Shown here piece by piece: positions 39,341 to 52,198 of a DNA stretch of 64,000 bases (the first letter of the stretch is position 1; the number at the start of each line of letters is the position of its first letter). Source of the stretch: Octopus sinensis (lineage: Eukaryota). The notes under the pieces are model-generated. The model made no database searches and was not told the origin of the DNA. It worked only from the letters and a program-made list of their open reading frames with translations. The stretch spans positions 31,496,001 to 31,560,000 of the forward strand of contig NC_043016.1 of the NCBI RefSeq assembly GCF_006345805.1. The letters run 5' to 3'. The position numbers and the translations under genes were made by a program.

Positions 39341-39810
39341 CAGTGATTCTTAATTAGGGTCCACATGACCCTTGGGGTTTCATATGACATTTAGTTGTTA
39401 AAATTTACATGCAATGAAATTGCATATACTTCTACAACACAAAATATTTTGACAATTTTCTTTATGCAACTCCTAATAATATTTAATTATAAAAATCCTT
39501 TATTTATTGGCCACAAGGGCTAGTCGATTACATCCACCCCCAGTGTTTCACTGGTACATAATTTATCAATTCCCAAAAGAGATGAAATGCAAAGTCAACT
39601 TCAGCGGAATTTGAACTCAGAATGTAGCAACAGGCAAAATACTGCTAAGCATTTTGTCTGGCATGCTAACAATTCTGTCAGCTCACCGCTTTATTTAATT
39701 ATAGAAATATAATTGGATTTTTTTAAACTTCAAATTGCTATGGAAGTTCACTCAAGTAAAATAAGAATCAAAGAGGTCTTTAGGTTAAAAAAAAATAGTT
39801 AAGAACTACT
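39341..39810. mobile_element. hAT-like MITE relic with a nested SINE
   Basis: CAGTGATTCTTAA left end and TTAAGAACTACT right end, both degenerate. Confidence 0.35.
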
Positions 39811-41202
39811 AATCTAAACTGTTTCAAACAGAATTCTCTATTTTTTTCCAAAAGTTTAGAAAGAGAAATTTTGTAAACAACTACCTCAGCTTCCATGCCA
39901 AGACCCTTCTCTACCAGACAGTTAGAGTTTCCACTTTCCTACAAGACATGGACCATGTACAGTCAACACATTAAGACCTGTAAGCCTTTAGCATTTACTG
40001 TCTCAAGAAGTGTTTCTTTCTGATACACACAGAAATCCCTGTTGAACCAATACTTTTTACAAACATCAACTGGGATTGCTCAGATATGCAGCATGTATGC
40101 CTATCTCATACCTCACACAAAAGATTCTCCAGGACATGACCAGTTATTCCATGGTCAACGTCTAGACTAGGGCTGGCCAACCTGAGACCCACAGGCAGTG
40201 GTGGACTGACCAGGTTGCCAACTTGGCTGATAGCAAGTGGGCCCCTTAGCCATTAGAATCCATATATGGGGAGCCCATGTTAGTAACTAAGGGGCCCATC
40301 CCCTCAAGTTTGAAAATTTTTTATTCATTCCTGGCAGAATGCCTTAATTATTTAAACCTGGTTGTGTTTGTAGACAGTTCAAAAGAATACTTTAAAAATT
40401 AAAAAAATTAAATGATAGCACTATAGTTGCAAGTTGGCTTCCTTGTAGTTGCAGGTGGGACCACTTGTAGTTGTGGATGGGTCTCTTTAGTCTCCTGCCA
40501 ACCAATATTTTTAGACTCAGTCAGCCACTGCCCACAGGATGCTTGCAACCTGCTTAATACTTTCTTGAAGTATGGTGTTTAATTTCAAAATAAAATTGTT
40601 TGTGTAAAACATTTGTTTCAAAATAAATTTAAAATTTCTAAGTGGCAAAAAAGCAATAACCTACAATTTTATAATTTTAAACAAACAAAAAGTAGGAAAA
40701 ATTCTTGATTATCTAATTTGATTATTTGACTATTAGTGCATAAAATATCCAATGACTAAAGCAGGTAAAAAATGTCATTTAGCTAGAAGTCAACAGGTAC
40801 AAGTGACAAATTTAGTGTATATGTATGTGTGGGAATAGTGAATATAATTTTGTGAGTGTGTAAGTAGAGGTCAATGAATAATGGTAAAGTTCAGTGGGGG
40901 GAGGAGAGGGGTAGTAACTGTCATGATGGAAATAAAGGAGGAAGGGTAAAAAGGAGGTGCCAGGAAATGTTGATTGTGGTAAATCATTTAAAAAATTCTT
41001 TACTTTACTTCACTAGGCTTTTAGCATTTAAACCAGCTGTATCCAGCCAAAATATTCTACCTGTTTTATGTGCAAACCGACTTGATCTGGCCTCTTACAA
41101 TTACCCTGTGTCATTCTAAAAATAAGCAATTACATCATTGAAATCTGAAAACTATGAGATAATGTATGATTAATTGAAAACAATATAATAATAACAAGAG
41201 CA

Positions 41203-41566
41203 CTCAGAGAGTGCAAACCTCTGCCAAGACAACACCAACGTCCTCTCAATGATTAACCAGAGATGAATTTTAAAATGAGAATATCTGAAATAAATTTGAC
41301 TGCTCTCACAAATGAGAATACTAAAAATGAGACCGACTGCTCTCAAAAATTAAAAAAACAAAAAAAAGTGGAAAAATAATCCAGAATTCTTATTCAGTAC
41401 TGGATTGATCCCAAAAACTAATCAGTTCATGCCAGTCATGAATCCAAAGGTCCCTGAAAGTTTCATCTGAATCCATCAAGCAGTTCTTGAGATATCTTAT
41501 CCATGGACAAACAAACAAACAAACACGACTGAAAACACTACCTCCACCTTTGCTAAGGCAGAGGTA
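41203..41566 (+). mobile_element. Helentron/DINE-1-like non-autonomous element
   Basis: AACAAGAGCACTC...CCTCTGCC 5' end, (ACAA)n microsatellite, 3' stem-loop CCTCCACCTTTGCTAAGGCAGAGG. Confidence 0.55.
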
Positions 41567-41569
41567 ATA

Positions 41570-41736
41570 ATAATGAAATTATAGTGTGTAGTGCTCAGGT
41601 GCACCACAACAGATCAAAGGTGCACATACAGTACATAGAATTATGTACAAAAATCAAGAACATAATTCTGCATACTGTACATGCACCTTTGATGAGTTGT
41701 AGTGCACCTGAGCAGTATGCACAATAATTTCATTAT
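41570..41736. repeat. Palindrome formed by two head-to-head CR1 3' tails
   Basis: About 77-bp arms, 13-nt loop. Right arm matches the CR1 tail at 38466-38518. Confidence 0.75.
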
Positions 41737-41741
41737 CATCA

Positions 41742-42335
41742 TTATTGAGTGAGAGAGCAGTTCATGCCATCAAAGTGACACTGGGGTAAAATATACGAAG
41801 CCCTGTATACCCATCATGACTACCCGTTTGATAAGGGTACACCAGGCACATGCCTCACAACCATATGTGTGCGACATGGTGATATCATATCAAGATAAAT
41901 ATTGCATGACCTTGTAGGTGGGGCCCAGTTAGAATTTTCTTCAGGTTGAGTAGCCCATCCCGCTCAAAAGGTCCCTGAATAAGGGTTGTTTAAGGATGTT
42001 GAAAGAACCACCTATGTTTCCAGAGGTGAATTATTCAAACCCCAAAGAATCCCTCTCATCACATGGCTATGATGCTCCCCCACTACTTCTGCTCATGATC
42101 AGAGATGCACATATCGTCAGCCACTAAGAGACATACTCAACTGGTTAAGGTTAAACAACTGACAAACAAATCTGTGGTATTGAGCAGAATATTTGCTGTA
42201 GCCCATCTTTTATACCAAGAAAAAACAATGTACATGATAACACTTCCAATCAGTTAAGGTCAGAAGCCATGAGAGCCACTGCCTGGTACTGCATCAAAGC
42301 ATTTATTATCATTATTATTATTATTATTATTATTG
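41742..42335. mobile_element. About 560-bp non-coding interspersed element bounded by (ATT)n
   Basis: Moderately GC-rich block between ATT/ATC repeats, recognised from memory as an octopus repeat. No ORF; class unresolved. Confidence 0.4.
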
Positions 42336-45159
42336 TTGTTGTTGTTTTCAATTAATCATAAATGTGAATAAATAAGCTTTACATTTGACAGAGTAAACTG
42401 AATGCTAATGGGTTAAGGCTTCTGGGAGAGGTAGTGTCAAGTGGGAAGGTACTAGACTGGATGCAAGTGAAAAATGGAGGCTACAGTTGTAAAAATATCT
42501 CTCTTTTACTTTTGTGCAAATCTTGGAGACCAAGCTGTTCAGAAACTTCAAATATCAAAAGTTGCCAATGGAAGGTCAGATAAATTGATATGTTGGGCTA
42601 TGGATCTTCCCTATATGTGATGGAGAATACTGGGAGGATATTCACAAAAGTAATGATCAAAATGCAGCCTCATTTCACCAGTACAATGGACTGCAAAGTT
42701 TACATGTAATACAGCAGATAAAAGTAGGTAAAAATATAACTAAAATTTTGAGGGATTACGTATTGAGATTTTAGGCCATTTATGGTTGTGGTGTTTGAAA
42801 TGAAGGCACAAGTGTGGCAAGGGTGAGACTACTTGAAGATGTTGCTTAGTAGGTATCCATGTAAAGCTGCATGTGGATAATATAACAACACCAAGCAATA
42901 GTAACTTTTATTTCACTGCACGAGTAATATTGAGGTCAGTTATTAATTACAATGTTCTACCACAAGTCAACACAATTGAAGGAATAATTCAGTAGTGTTC
43001 ATAAATAGTTGATTACAAAATCTCTGTATTGAAGAGTGTGAAGACAAGAGAAAATATACACAGATTTGTATTGGCCAAATATGCTGACATATCCAAGCTT
43101 AGCAAAAAGTTGTGAAAATGACTATTATAAATTGGAAGAGAATGTGTGGGAGGGTTGTAGGTTACCAATCACTCTGAAAGTTGGCACAAAAACAAGCCTT
43201 TATATGACCCTTGCACCAAGATGTTCCAGAAGGGTCTAGAAGAATCTATCACATAAAGTCTGGTTGCTGATTGGTCAAAAACTCAACCTCTCACGTGAAC
43301 ATCATCAGTCTGTGTTGTGACTAGAAACTTTGTAATTTTATGACTTGGTTTTGAGTCTTGCTACAAAAGTATCAGGTTTGATGAGACTGGGAAAAGCAGC
43401 TATAAATTTCTAGCTGAGATATCATAGAATTTCTGTTTCAATCTTAGAAAGAATAGATAGCAGGGAAAAGATTGCAGATGTTACGAGGTTGGAAAGTAGA
43501 ATGTCAAAGTTACAGAAGAAAGTGTATTTTAATGTGAGAGTGGCTCAGTGGAAGGTAAAAGAGGGAGGAATTTGGTATGCCAATGTATGTGTCAGTGAAG
43601 ATGGGAAAATTGGGAGAAAAAAATAGCAGATTTGGTTGTGGTGGATGGAGAAGGTAAGCTGAGTTATGCCTGGGAATCAGTAGTCTTATGGTATGGACTG
43701 GTGGAAATTATTGGTACTGACACAGCTGACTAGAAAGTGAAAGAAGTGTTGAATATTCAAAAATAAATTCCAACACAGTACAAAAATTGTTAATATAAGA
43801 ATTGAAGGAGATTAGTTCATCTCTTGTGAGAGAAGTGCCATTTAACTAGTTAACAACATAACCTAACTTATTTTTAGGTTCTGCAGATTGGGTTAAAATC
43901 TCACCTCACCATGACATACCAAAAAGTTAGCTAAGTTAGGGTCCATCACAGTGCCTAATGCTAACCTGGTAAACTCTGAGTAAAAATTATCAGAGAATTA
44001 TAAGACAGAAGAGAGTAGTGGTGCTAATTTGAAGGGTTGAGAAGTATTTTAAAATTAATTATGGGAAATGACTGCAATAGAGTATTTTAGAATTGTAAGA
44101 CAGTTTTTAAGTGGGATGATTGAGTAAAGGGAACATTCACTGCATAGATTACCAGTTCTTGTTTAACTCCTGGTTAATTCAAATTGAGCAGTCTAACAAT
44201 CAAAAGTGTTCTAGCTATGGCCATCCTGTCTTGTATGTCTAGGATTACATTCAATGTATCATTTCTTTTATTTATAAGGTGAAAGAATGTGATTCAAGGA
44301 AGATTTAGATGTCCTTCTAGCAAGCCGAGCGCCTATATGGAATTTTCGGTATGGCTATACAACTTCCCAGAAAAATGTACATTTTGTAATGAAATTTTTC
44401 TACAAATACCTTTTAGATAATGTTATTTACTATTACATAGGAATTTAATGGAAAAAATTGGTGGGTGCACACACACACACACACACACATATACATACTG
44501 ACGTAGATCACATGCATAATTACAAAATGAAACTTGAATTTTTTTTTTTAAATTGTAATGTGTGTCAATATGTATATGTGCGCGCCATTAATTTCTTTTT
44601 TTTTCTATTTTTCATAGAAAACTCCGAAATACTTGTAATCTACACCATCTGAAAGGCATCTGTAGAAAATTCCATGAAAAATACCCATTTTTCTGAAAGA
44701 TATGAAGAAATGAAATCAATGGGGCACACTTGTGTAGGTATGCCGGGATTTCCTTGGTCACCAGATATTAACTCGAGATTAGCTATAATTAAGCACACCT
44801 GGCAAAGAAGTAAAATTACTGTACGTTGTATTTAAATGACACTTTTTTTTTTTTTTATTAGCTACAAATTTTAGATCGTTGAATGCCAAAAGTCCCGCCG
44901 CTAAAAAAATATATATCCGAAGTACTGTATTCAGTCAGTTCATTATTTTATTTTAAATCAAGGGAGATAATCCCATTCAATTAGAAACTACAAAGGAAGA
45001 TAATTCATTTAAAAAATACGAAACGATGGTTTAACTCGATGAAAACTAAGAAGATATACATACATACATATATATATGTGTGTGTATATAAATACATATA
45101 TTTGCATACATACATACATATGTGTGTGTATATATATACATACATATATTTACGTATAT

Positions 45160-45571
45160 ATCCTCTGTCGCCGATTTCTTGGATTTAATTTCATCGTTTG
45201 ACGAGATTTATAGTTACCTCTATTTTGTCATTTGTTATAGCAATTACGATATTTTTTTAAAATTTCTATAATATACATATACAGAAATATATATATATAA
45301 AAGAAATAGTTGAGTTGAGAGATCTTTCTTTGGTCGTCTCAATTTTTCGTATCTTTACATTTCGAAGGAAATATCTGCCGTAATTATCATGTGATAGTTG
45401 TCGTACTTCGTTCGTCTCTTCGTCTCTTCTACGAAGTGCGTTTTTAGGAAGCCGACTTTTTTTTTTTTTAACTATCTCCGAACCCGCAGAATTAAAAAAA
45501 ATATAGAAAAGGAAGGAAAAATAAATCAACTTGATTCAGAGAAGGGAAAGAAAACAAACAACTAAAAAGAT
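45160..45571 (+). promoter_or_regulatory. Probable LAMTOR1 promoter / 5' UTR (locally CpG-enriched), with TCATGTGA M-box at 45387-45394
   Basis: About 18-20 CpGs by eye in 45160-45500 against CpG-poor flanks, directly upstream of the ATG. TSS not determinable. Confidence 0.45.
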
Positions 45572-45610
45572 ATGGGTTGCTGCTTTAGTAAAAAGCAGGA
45601 TAAAGACAAG
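45572..45610 (+). CDS. LAMTOR1: Ragulator complex protein LAMTOR1 (p18), coding exon 1: MGCCFSKKQDKDK
   Basis: ATG at 45572. MGCC N-terminus (G2 myristoylation, C3/C4 palmitoylation) as in human MGCCYS. AAG|GTTTGT donor at 45610/45611, phase 0. Confidence 0.9.
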
Positions 45611-46261
45611 GTTTGTTTCTATTTCGTGTTAATTTTACCAGTGTTTAGTTATGACATAAATTTGCAACTAGTTTTAATGCGCTTTTTGTGAGAGATATTA
45701 ACCAATCTTGCCGTTTAGGTTTTCTTCTCTCTTCACATTAACAATAAATTCAGAAAATTTCACTTCTAATTAAGTTACTCGCCGTCGTCGTCATCGACCC
45801 TATTATAGAATTCTTGGATTGAAGTGCTGTTTTGCCTTTTCTCTTACTATTATTGTTTTTCTTTTGCACTCGCTGAATCTTATGATGTGCTCATGTTATA
45901 TGTATGTTTTTTCTGTATATTTTAATTATAAATTCCTATTTACGCACTCACGCGCACACACACACGTGTGAATGTGTGTTAATATATAAATTATTATTTC
46001 TCCGTCATTTTTTTAAAAATAAAGTTGATAAAATTTTACAAGCTTTGGTTTATTTCATCTGAGTAGTTTTGAATTTCTTCAAGTGTATCTGTATTGCTGA
46101 ACATATACATTATCAGTTTCTGGTGTATTTTAGACTGATTTTTATATTTAGTAAAATGTGCGCATGAATTATTATACACAGAAATCGAAACGTGTTACAA
46201 AATAATTAGTGATTTTTGAGTCCGAAGGTTGACAAATTTCATATTTTCTTCATTTATTTAT

Positions 46262-46298
<37 letters not shown>

Positions 46299-46686
46299 TG
46301 AGAAACATTACTCGTGTTGAGTTCCGGTGAACAAGTTACGTTCGGTTTAACATGCATTATGGAGAATTTAAATATTTGATAAGTATGCAAAATAAAAGAT
46401 CCGGTGTTTAAAGATAAGTGAAGAAACACGTATGCAAATATGGGAATTGTTAGTTAAATGTGATTAAGAAACCGATTTAACTTCGTTTCAATATCGATGA
46501 CACTTAATTTATTGTCATAAGCATGCACGCCCACTTTTTTCCCCCAAAAATATAAACATTGACAGATGGGTTTTGCTACTTTTTAACCAATTAACAATTA
46601 ATACATTCCGCTTTATGTAAATTAATTATAAATGCTTAGAGTATATGCTCGCGTTAATCCACTTTATTCTCTTCATTTACTTGCAG

Positions 46687-46763
46687 TATAGTGGACCAGA
46701 TGAAAACGACGGTTTGCTCCAGGATCCTGCCAATGTTGACAGCCCGAGTCTTCATACTGGAAG
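46687..46763 (+). CDS. LAMTOR1: LAMTOR1 coding exon 2: YSGPDENDGLLQDPANVDSPSLHTG(S)
   Basis: Pyrimidine tract plus TTGCAG acceptor, open in phase 0, AG|GTTTGT donor (phase 2). Contains an ExxxLL dileucine (ENDGLL) followed by QDP, matching human EERKLLLDP. Confidence 0.88.
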
Positions 46764-46904
46764 GTTTGTATCTTTTTTACTGCACTTTTTGAGCTTTACA
46801 TACACACACACTCTTATATTGTTGAGTAGTATGTTCTCTATTAGTGTGTGTTTTTTTCTTCTGACTCATGGACTGCTAACTGCCATATATATATATATAT
46901 ATAT

Positions 46905-47134
46905 ACCGGAGTAAACACATAAATGTGAAACAAGGTGGAAAAAAGAGTACTCAAATACCAGTGGTAGAGTAATATGCTTTATTTTAAGCAGCAGAAAATT
47001 CAACAAAATCTGTTACTCTGAGTTTCTCGTTGCCGTTCATCAGACAGTTTTTGCTAGCAAAAACTGTCTGATGAACGGCAACAAGAAACTCAGAGTAACA
47101 GATTTTGTTGAATTTTCTGCTGCTTAAAATAAAG
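46905..47134. mobile_element. Penelope pLTR-like insert in (TA)n with a 158-bp palindrome (46977-47134) carrying two opposed minimal hammerheads
   Basis: 79-bp arms with one mismatch and no loop. CTGT-CTGATGA-ACGGCAAC(A/G)A-GAAA-CTCAGAG-TA-ACAG on each strand. Confidence 0.8.
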
Positions 47135-47488
47135 TATATATATATATATATATATACACACATAAATAGCGGTTCTAATATGAAATAGAAATTATAGAAA
47201 ATATATATACATATATAAAATTAGCACGAAACCTTAAGGATGCAGTGAGCATCAGAATTTAGAAATGAGAGCTGAAGTCCCAGTTCAACTGCCGGAAGGC
47301 ACCAAAATAATAGAAAATAACAGTATGCGAGGAAACGTACAAAAAATTAAAAAGCATATCTACAAAGATTATGCCGTTTAGATGCTCATATACCATTGTT
47401 TCGGGTGTTGTCCTTAGGGCCTTAACCTTCTTCATCCAAATCCCCCATGTTATAAATCCATTAGCACCCTGGCTTGTTTTGCTCATAA

Positions 47489-47572
<84 letters not shown>

Positions 47573-48457
47573 TATCATTTCTATTTCATATTAGAAACAA
47601 GATATGGGCGGTTACTGAACCATAATAATAATTGAAATTACAATAAAGATGATGTTTAACATTAGCACAAATCCACACTTTTTGGGAAAAGTGAAATTGG
47701 TATATTCAACTTCAGCTTTTGACTGGCATTAACTCCTATTATTTCCTGGGAGGAGAAAAAACAACTTTGCTTTTCATTTATTCTCTCAAGCCAATCAAAT
47801 TCTGGGGTTGATAATAATACAAACTATTAGTTGTGATGTACTATACAGGTTTAAGATGTTTTATGTTAAGAAAATGACAATGAATATGTTTGGGGCTAAA
47901 TAGTTAAGAAGTTTTCTTTGCTATTACAAAGTTCTAGATTTTGATTCCAATGTATCACTTCTTGGTAAATGTCTGTTGTCATTGCCTTGGGTCAATTTAA
48001 GCCTTGTGAAATGAAACTGGCGAAACTCTGTGGAAGGCAGTTGGACGGATTGAACCTATAATTGAAAGGATCGGCATGTCATGATGATTCTGTCTGAGGA
48101 TTACATTAATGGTATATGTTGAATGTTCGGCTTCACTTAACATGCTAATAAAATGAGCAGGTAATTCAGCTGATCTAATGACTAATTACTCTATAGGGAA
48201 ACTAATAGAGATCGCAGTAGTAGCAGTAGAAAGAGAGAGGAAATAACATGCCTACGGGCCAGAGGTTGGATTGTATAAGTGAATGATTTTGTATCATTCA
48301 ATTAAGTGGCCTTTCTCAGGACATGGTTTTGAATGTCTGTATAGCAGATTCACTGTCACAACCACCAAATGACATTTCATTAATTACTTAACCTTGACTC
48401 AGCAACTGTTGTGAAATTAATTGAAATGAAATTAAAACACAGTACATGAATTAGTCA

Positions 48458-48990
48458 TCATTATCATTTAACACCTGCCTTCCATGCTGGCATGGATGGG
48501 ACACTTTGCCAGTCAGGTAAAAGCCTGCACCAGATTTCTGTGACTGTTTTGGCTGGATTTTTACAGCTTGATGCCCTTCCTAACACCTCCCACCCAGCAG
48601 AGTGGACTTAGTGCTTTTTACATAGCATAAGCACAAGTGAAGTCAGTTTGGGCTAAGTTTTTACAGCTGGGTGCCCTTCCAGTGTGGATTGGATGGTTTT
48701 TAAGTGGCACCTGCACTGACAGTCACCAAGTAACTTGCAAAACAAAAATATTTTGAGAACGGAAGGGACATTGGATGAGGTGATATTGTGTCAGATGATG
48801 AAAGTTTATAGTGAGACAGAGAGATAGAAACAGGTGTCTTGCTGTAGAGGAGGTACAATGTTACCTGGCCAGAGCAAGCGAGAGAGTGATCAGGAATGAG
48901 GACAGAAACAGGTGGGCTACCACAAAGGAGATACATGGTTACCCAACCTGAGGGAAGTGAAAGAGAGAGAGTGGGAGACAGCAGGATAGA
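48458..48990 (-). mobile_element. Short RTE 3'-UTR copy (also about 11838-11900, 32005-32051, 34005-34195, 51520-51692, 57295-57428, 61086-61308)
   Basis: All share the CATCAT..TTTAACGTCC..TTCCATGCT.GCATGG end of the RTE at 20240. Confidence 0.7.
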
Positions 48991-50229
48991 GATCATGGCA
49001 AAGTGCCGAGCATACTCAAAAGGGACAGGGATCAGAATATAAATAGGATGGTTGAGTACATGAATTAGTGTCAGTTGAAAAATCATTCCGTAAAAAAGAA
49101 AATTGTCTGGCTGAAATGAATTGGAAAGTAGTCAATGTTCTAAAAATTCTACTTATGAACTACAGTCTATCCAATAATAGAATAATGTTCTTGTATATTG
49201 AACTGTTGAACTCAGTGACAAACGGTCTACACTGCATTCAAAAGAAACAAGACAACTTGCATGGAGAAGTATGGGTTATAATGGGAGTTTTCTCTTGAGG
49301 TTTGAACTTGCATTGATGATATTCCTAAGGAAATAATAGAATAGTATTATTCCTATAGACTGCAACCATGCTGGGACACCAAGTTGATCAAATCAAACCT
49401 AACAGTACATCAAACTGCTACATTGCAGGACATAAGATATGATTTAAACACAATGCAGAGTTTTAACTGGTTTAACCTTTTAGCATTTAAACCAACTATA
49501 TCTGGGCAAAATATTCTCACTGTCTTATGTTCAAGTTGGCCAGATCTGGCCTCTCACATCTATCCTACAATGTTGTTTTAAAAAGTAAACAATCAAGTAA
49601 TAGAAATCAAGTAGAGAGAAACTGAAAGAAACACATTTATTTGTGAGGGTCTTTTTGTTTTTGTTTGTCTGTCTTCCACTACCTTTTGACAACTGGTGTT
49701 GGTTTGTTCACGTCCCTGTAACTTAGCAGTTTGATAAAAGAGATCGATAGAATAAGTATTGGCGTTGATTCACTCAACTAAATTCTCCAAGGTGGTGTCC
49801 CAGCAAGGTCGCAGTCTAATGATTGAAGCAAGTAAAAGATAAAAGATATGTCTGTAACAGACAGTGAAGCCTGCTGCAGTCTTCTGCCTAACCAACCTCT
49901 GTCAAATCGTCCAATCCATACCAGCATGGAAAGCTGGCAGAAATGTTAGCATGCAGGGTGAAATGCTTAGCAGTATTTCACCTGTCTTTATGTTCTGAGT
50001 TCAAATTCCAAAAAGGCCGACTTTGCCTTTCATCCTTTCAGAATCAATAAATTAAGTACCAGTTGCATACTGGGGTCAATTTAATCAACTGGAAGCCTCT
50101 CCCAAAATTTCAGGCTTTGTGCCTATAGTATAAAAGGATATATAATATACAGACAGACAGATAGATATATACACACATATATGCAAGGTATAGAAGGATT
50201 AAAGGTAGATTAACAAAGAAAGTTGATTC

Positions 50230-50900
50230 CTGATACATCAGGTGCTGTAAGAGTGATCAGGAAATAGATTGTATCAAATCCTCCAAGTGACTCCTTAGAA
50301 GTTGTTGATAGCTTTTGTTATGGAGGTGATCAAATTAGCAATGGAAATGGATGTTCTGAAACTGTAGTAGCTAGAATAAGAACAGTTGGATAAAGTTCAA
50401 AGAAGTATTATTTCCTTTATTGGTAACAAAGAGCGTTACCCACTCAAGATCAAGAGCTGATTGAATATATGAAGCTTGTTTGGGAAGTGTGCCGCTATGT
50501 GGCAGGAAGATGTTGGCCTTGAGAGTGGAAAACCTGTGAAGGTTTGAAAGAAATGAGGTGAATATGCTTTACTGGATGTGTCATGTTAGTGTGCATGAAT
50601 GACAAAGTACAAATGAAAATTGATATAAAGTGGGTTTAATAGAAATTAGATGAAGTGCACAACAGGGGATGCTGTGCTGGTGTGAGCATGAAGAGCAAAT
50701 GGAAGATGATAGCTGCATAAGCAAGGGCTGAGTGTTCAATGTAAATGGGACCTGTCAGGGAGGGAGACCTAGGAAGACTTGGGATAAAGTGGGTAAAATT
50801 GATCTCATGATGTTACATCTGACAAAGGAGATGGCTGAAGAATGTCAATTAGCAATATGTATGTAGTACTGCAGAAGTGCAGGAGACATCTGCACAAGCT
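50230..50900 (+). mobile_element. Degenerate RTE C-terminal relic
   Basis: LEVVDSFCY.GDQIS.G.GCSETVVARIR motif, with stops. Confidence 0.55.
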
Positions 50901-52198
50901 TAGTGCATTGTGATTTCTTGTGAGTGTACCCCTACCCACTTTTTGTCCATTTTGCACCCTCACACTAAATAACCATTTTTTTCTCCTAACTTCTGTACTT
51001 TCTTCTCTACTCACCATGCCATGATGCCTATAACAGGAAGTAAAGTACTTGATTTGTTCATACTGAGGTATAAGATACCTCCACAACCTTTATCCTGCTA
51101 GCCCACATTCTATCCAAATCATGATGCTAGAGTCAGAAGAAATTGAACTTTAGCAACCTTTACCTACCCTCCCTGACTCTTATCATCCATGCTGTCTTGA
51201 AGATGTCACATTGAGCATTCACTCCCAGTCTCTCAATCAACATCTAGCTGTCTTCTGCACCACTCTACATACCCATAAATAATGTTGGGTAGCACTGCAT
51301 CTCCTCCTTATCCTCCCTCATCTCTGTTTTCTTCACTCTGACTCTCTCTTTACCAACCTCCTTCATATCTTCCCTTCATACACCACTTTATATATCTTCA
51401 TAAACCTCCTTCATACACCACTTTACCAACTCATGTTAAATGTAGGGTAGGACTACATCTACTGCTCAACCCTCCACACTGTCTTAACACTCACAAGCCA
51501 AGTAAAATCATAGTTGTGGCAGATACTGGTGTCATGTAAAAGCACCCATTTTCACTCTCAGAGTGGTTGGCATCCAGCCGTCGAAACCATGCCAAATCAG
51601 ACTGGAGTCTGGTGCAGCCTTCCAGCTTGCCAGCCCACTCAAACCATCCAACCCATGTCAGCATAGACAATGGATGTTAAATGATGATGATCACACACAT
51701 ACATACACACATATATATATATGTATATATATATAAGTCAATAAATGACAGAGAAATAGTCTGATAAAATTTTAACCTATGCCAGCATGGAAAACAGACA
51801 TGAAACAACAATGATGATAATTCTAATATCATGACAAATTGCTTTGAAACCTAAAAAAAAAAAAAAATATAAATAAATTATATTATATTTAATAATAAAT
51901 AACTTACATACTTCCATTAATGCAAAATGCAGAGTTTATATATCTTATGAGTGTTTGCATATAATGTGACAAGCTTCCACATAGTTTTTCTGTGTCTCTC
52001 AAATTCCACTCACAAGGCATTGGACAACCTGGGATTAAAGATGCTCAAAGTACTTTGGTATCAGACATCATATGGTGGCAAAATGAACTTCTTAATCGCA
52101 CAGCCATACCTATTCCTGTGATATTTTTTTTCTGTTTTAGCAGAGAATTCACAGAATAAAGTATTTGATATATAATAACTTAAAGCAATGTTTGTAAA

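Noticed and set aside
45160-45529. Divergent gene: ORF 45266-45529(-) and GAG|GTAACT donor at 45217
   Set aside because: No downstream minus-strand coding exons found, and the ORF looks like promoter sequence. A non-coding divergent transcript cannot be excluded.
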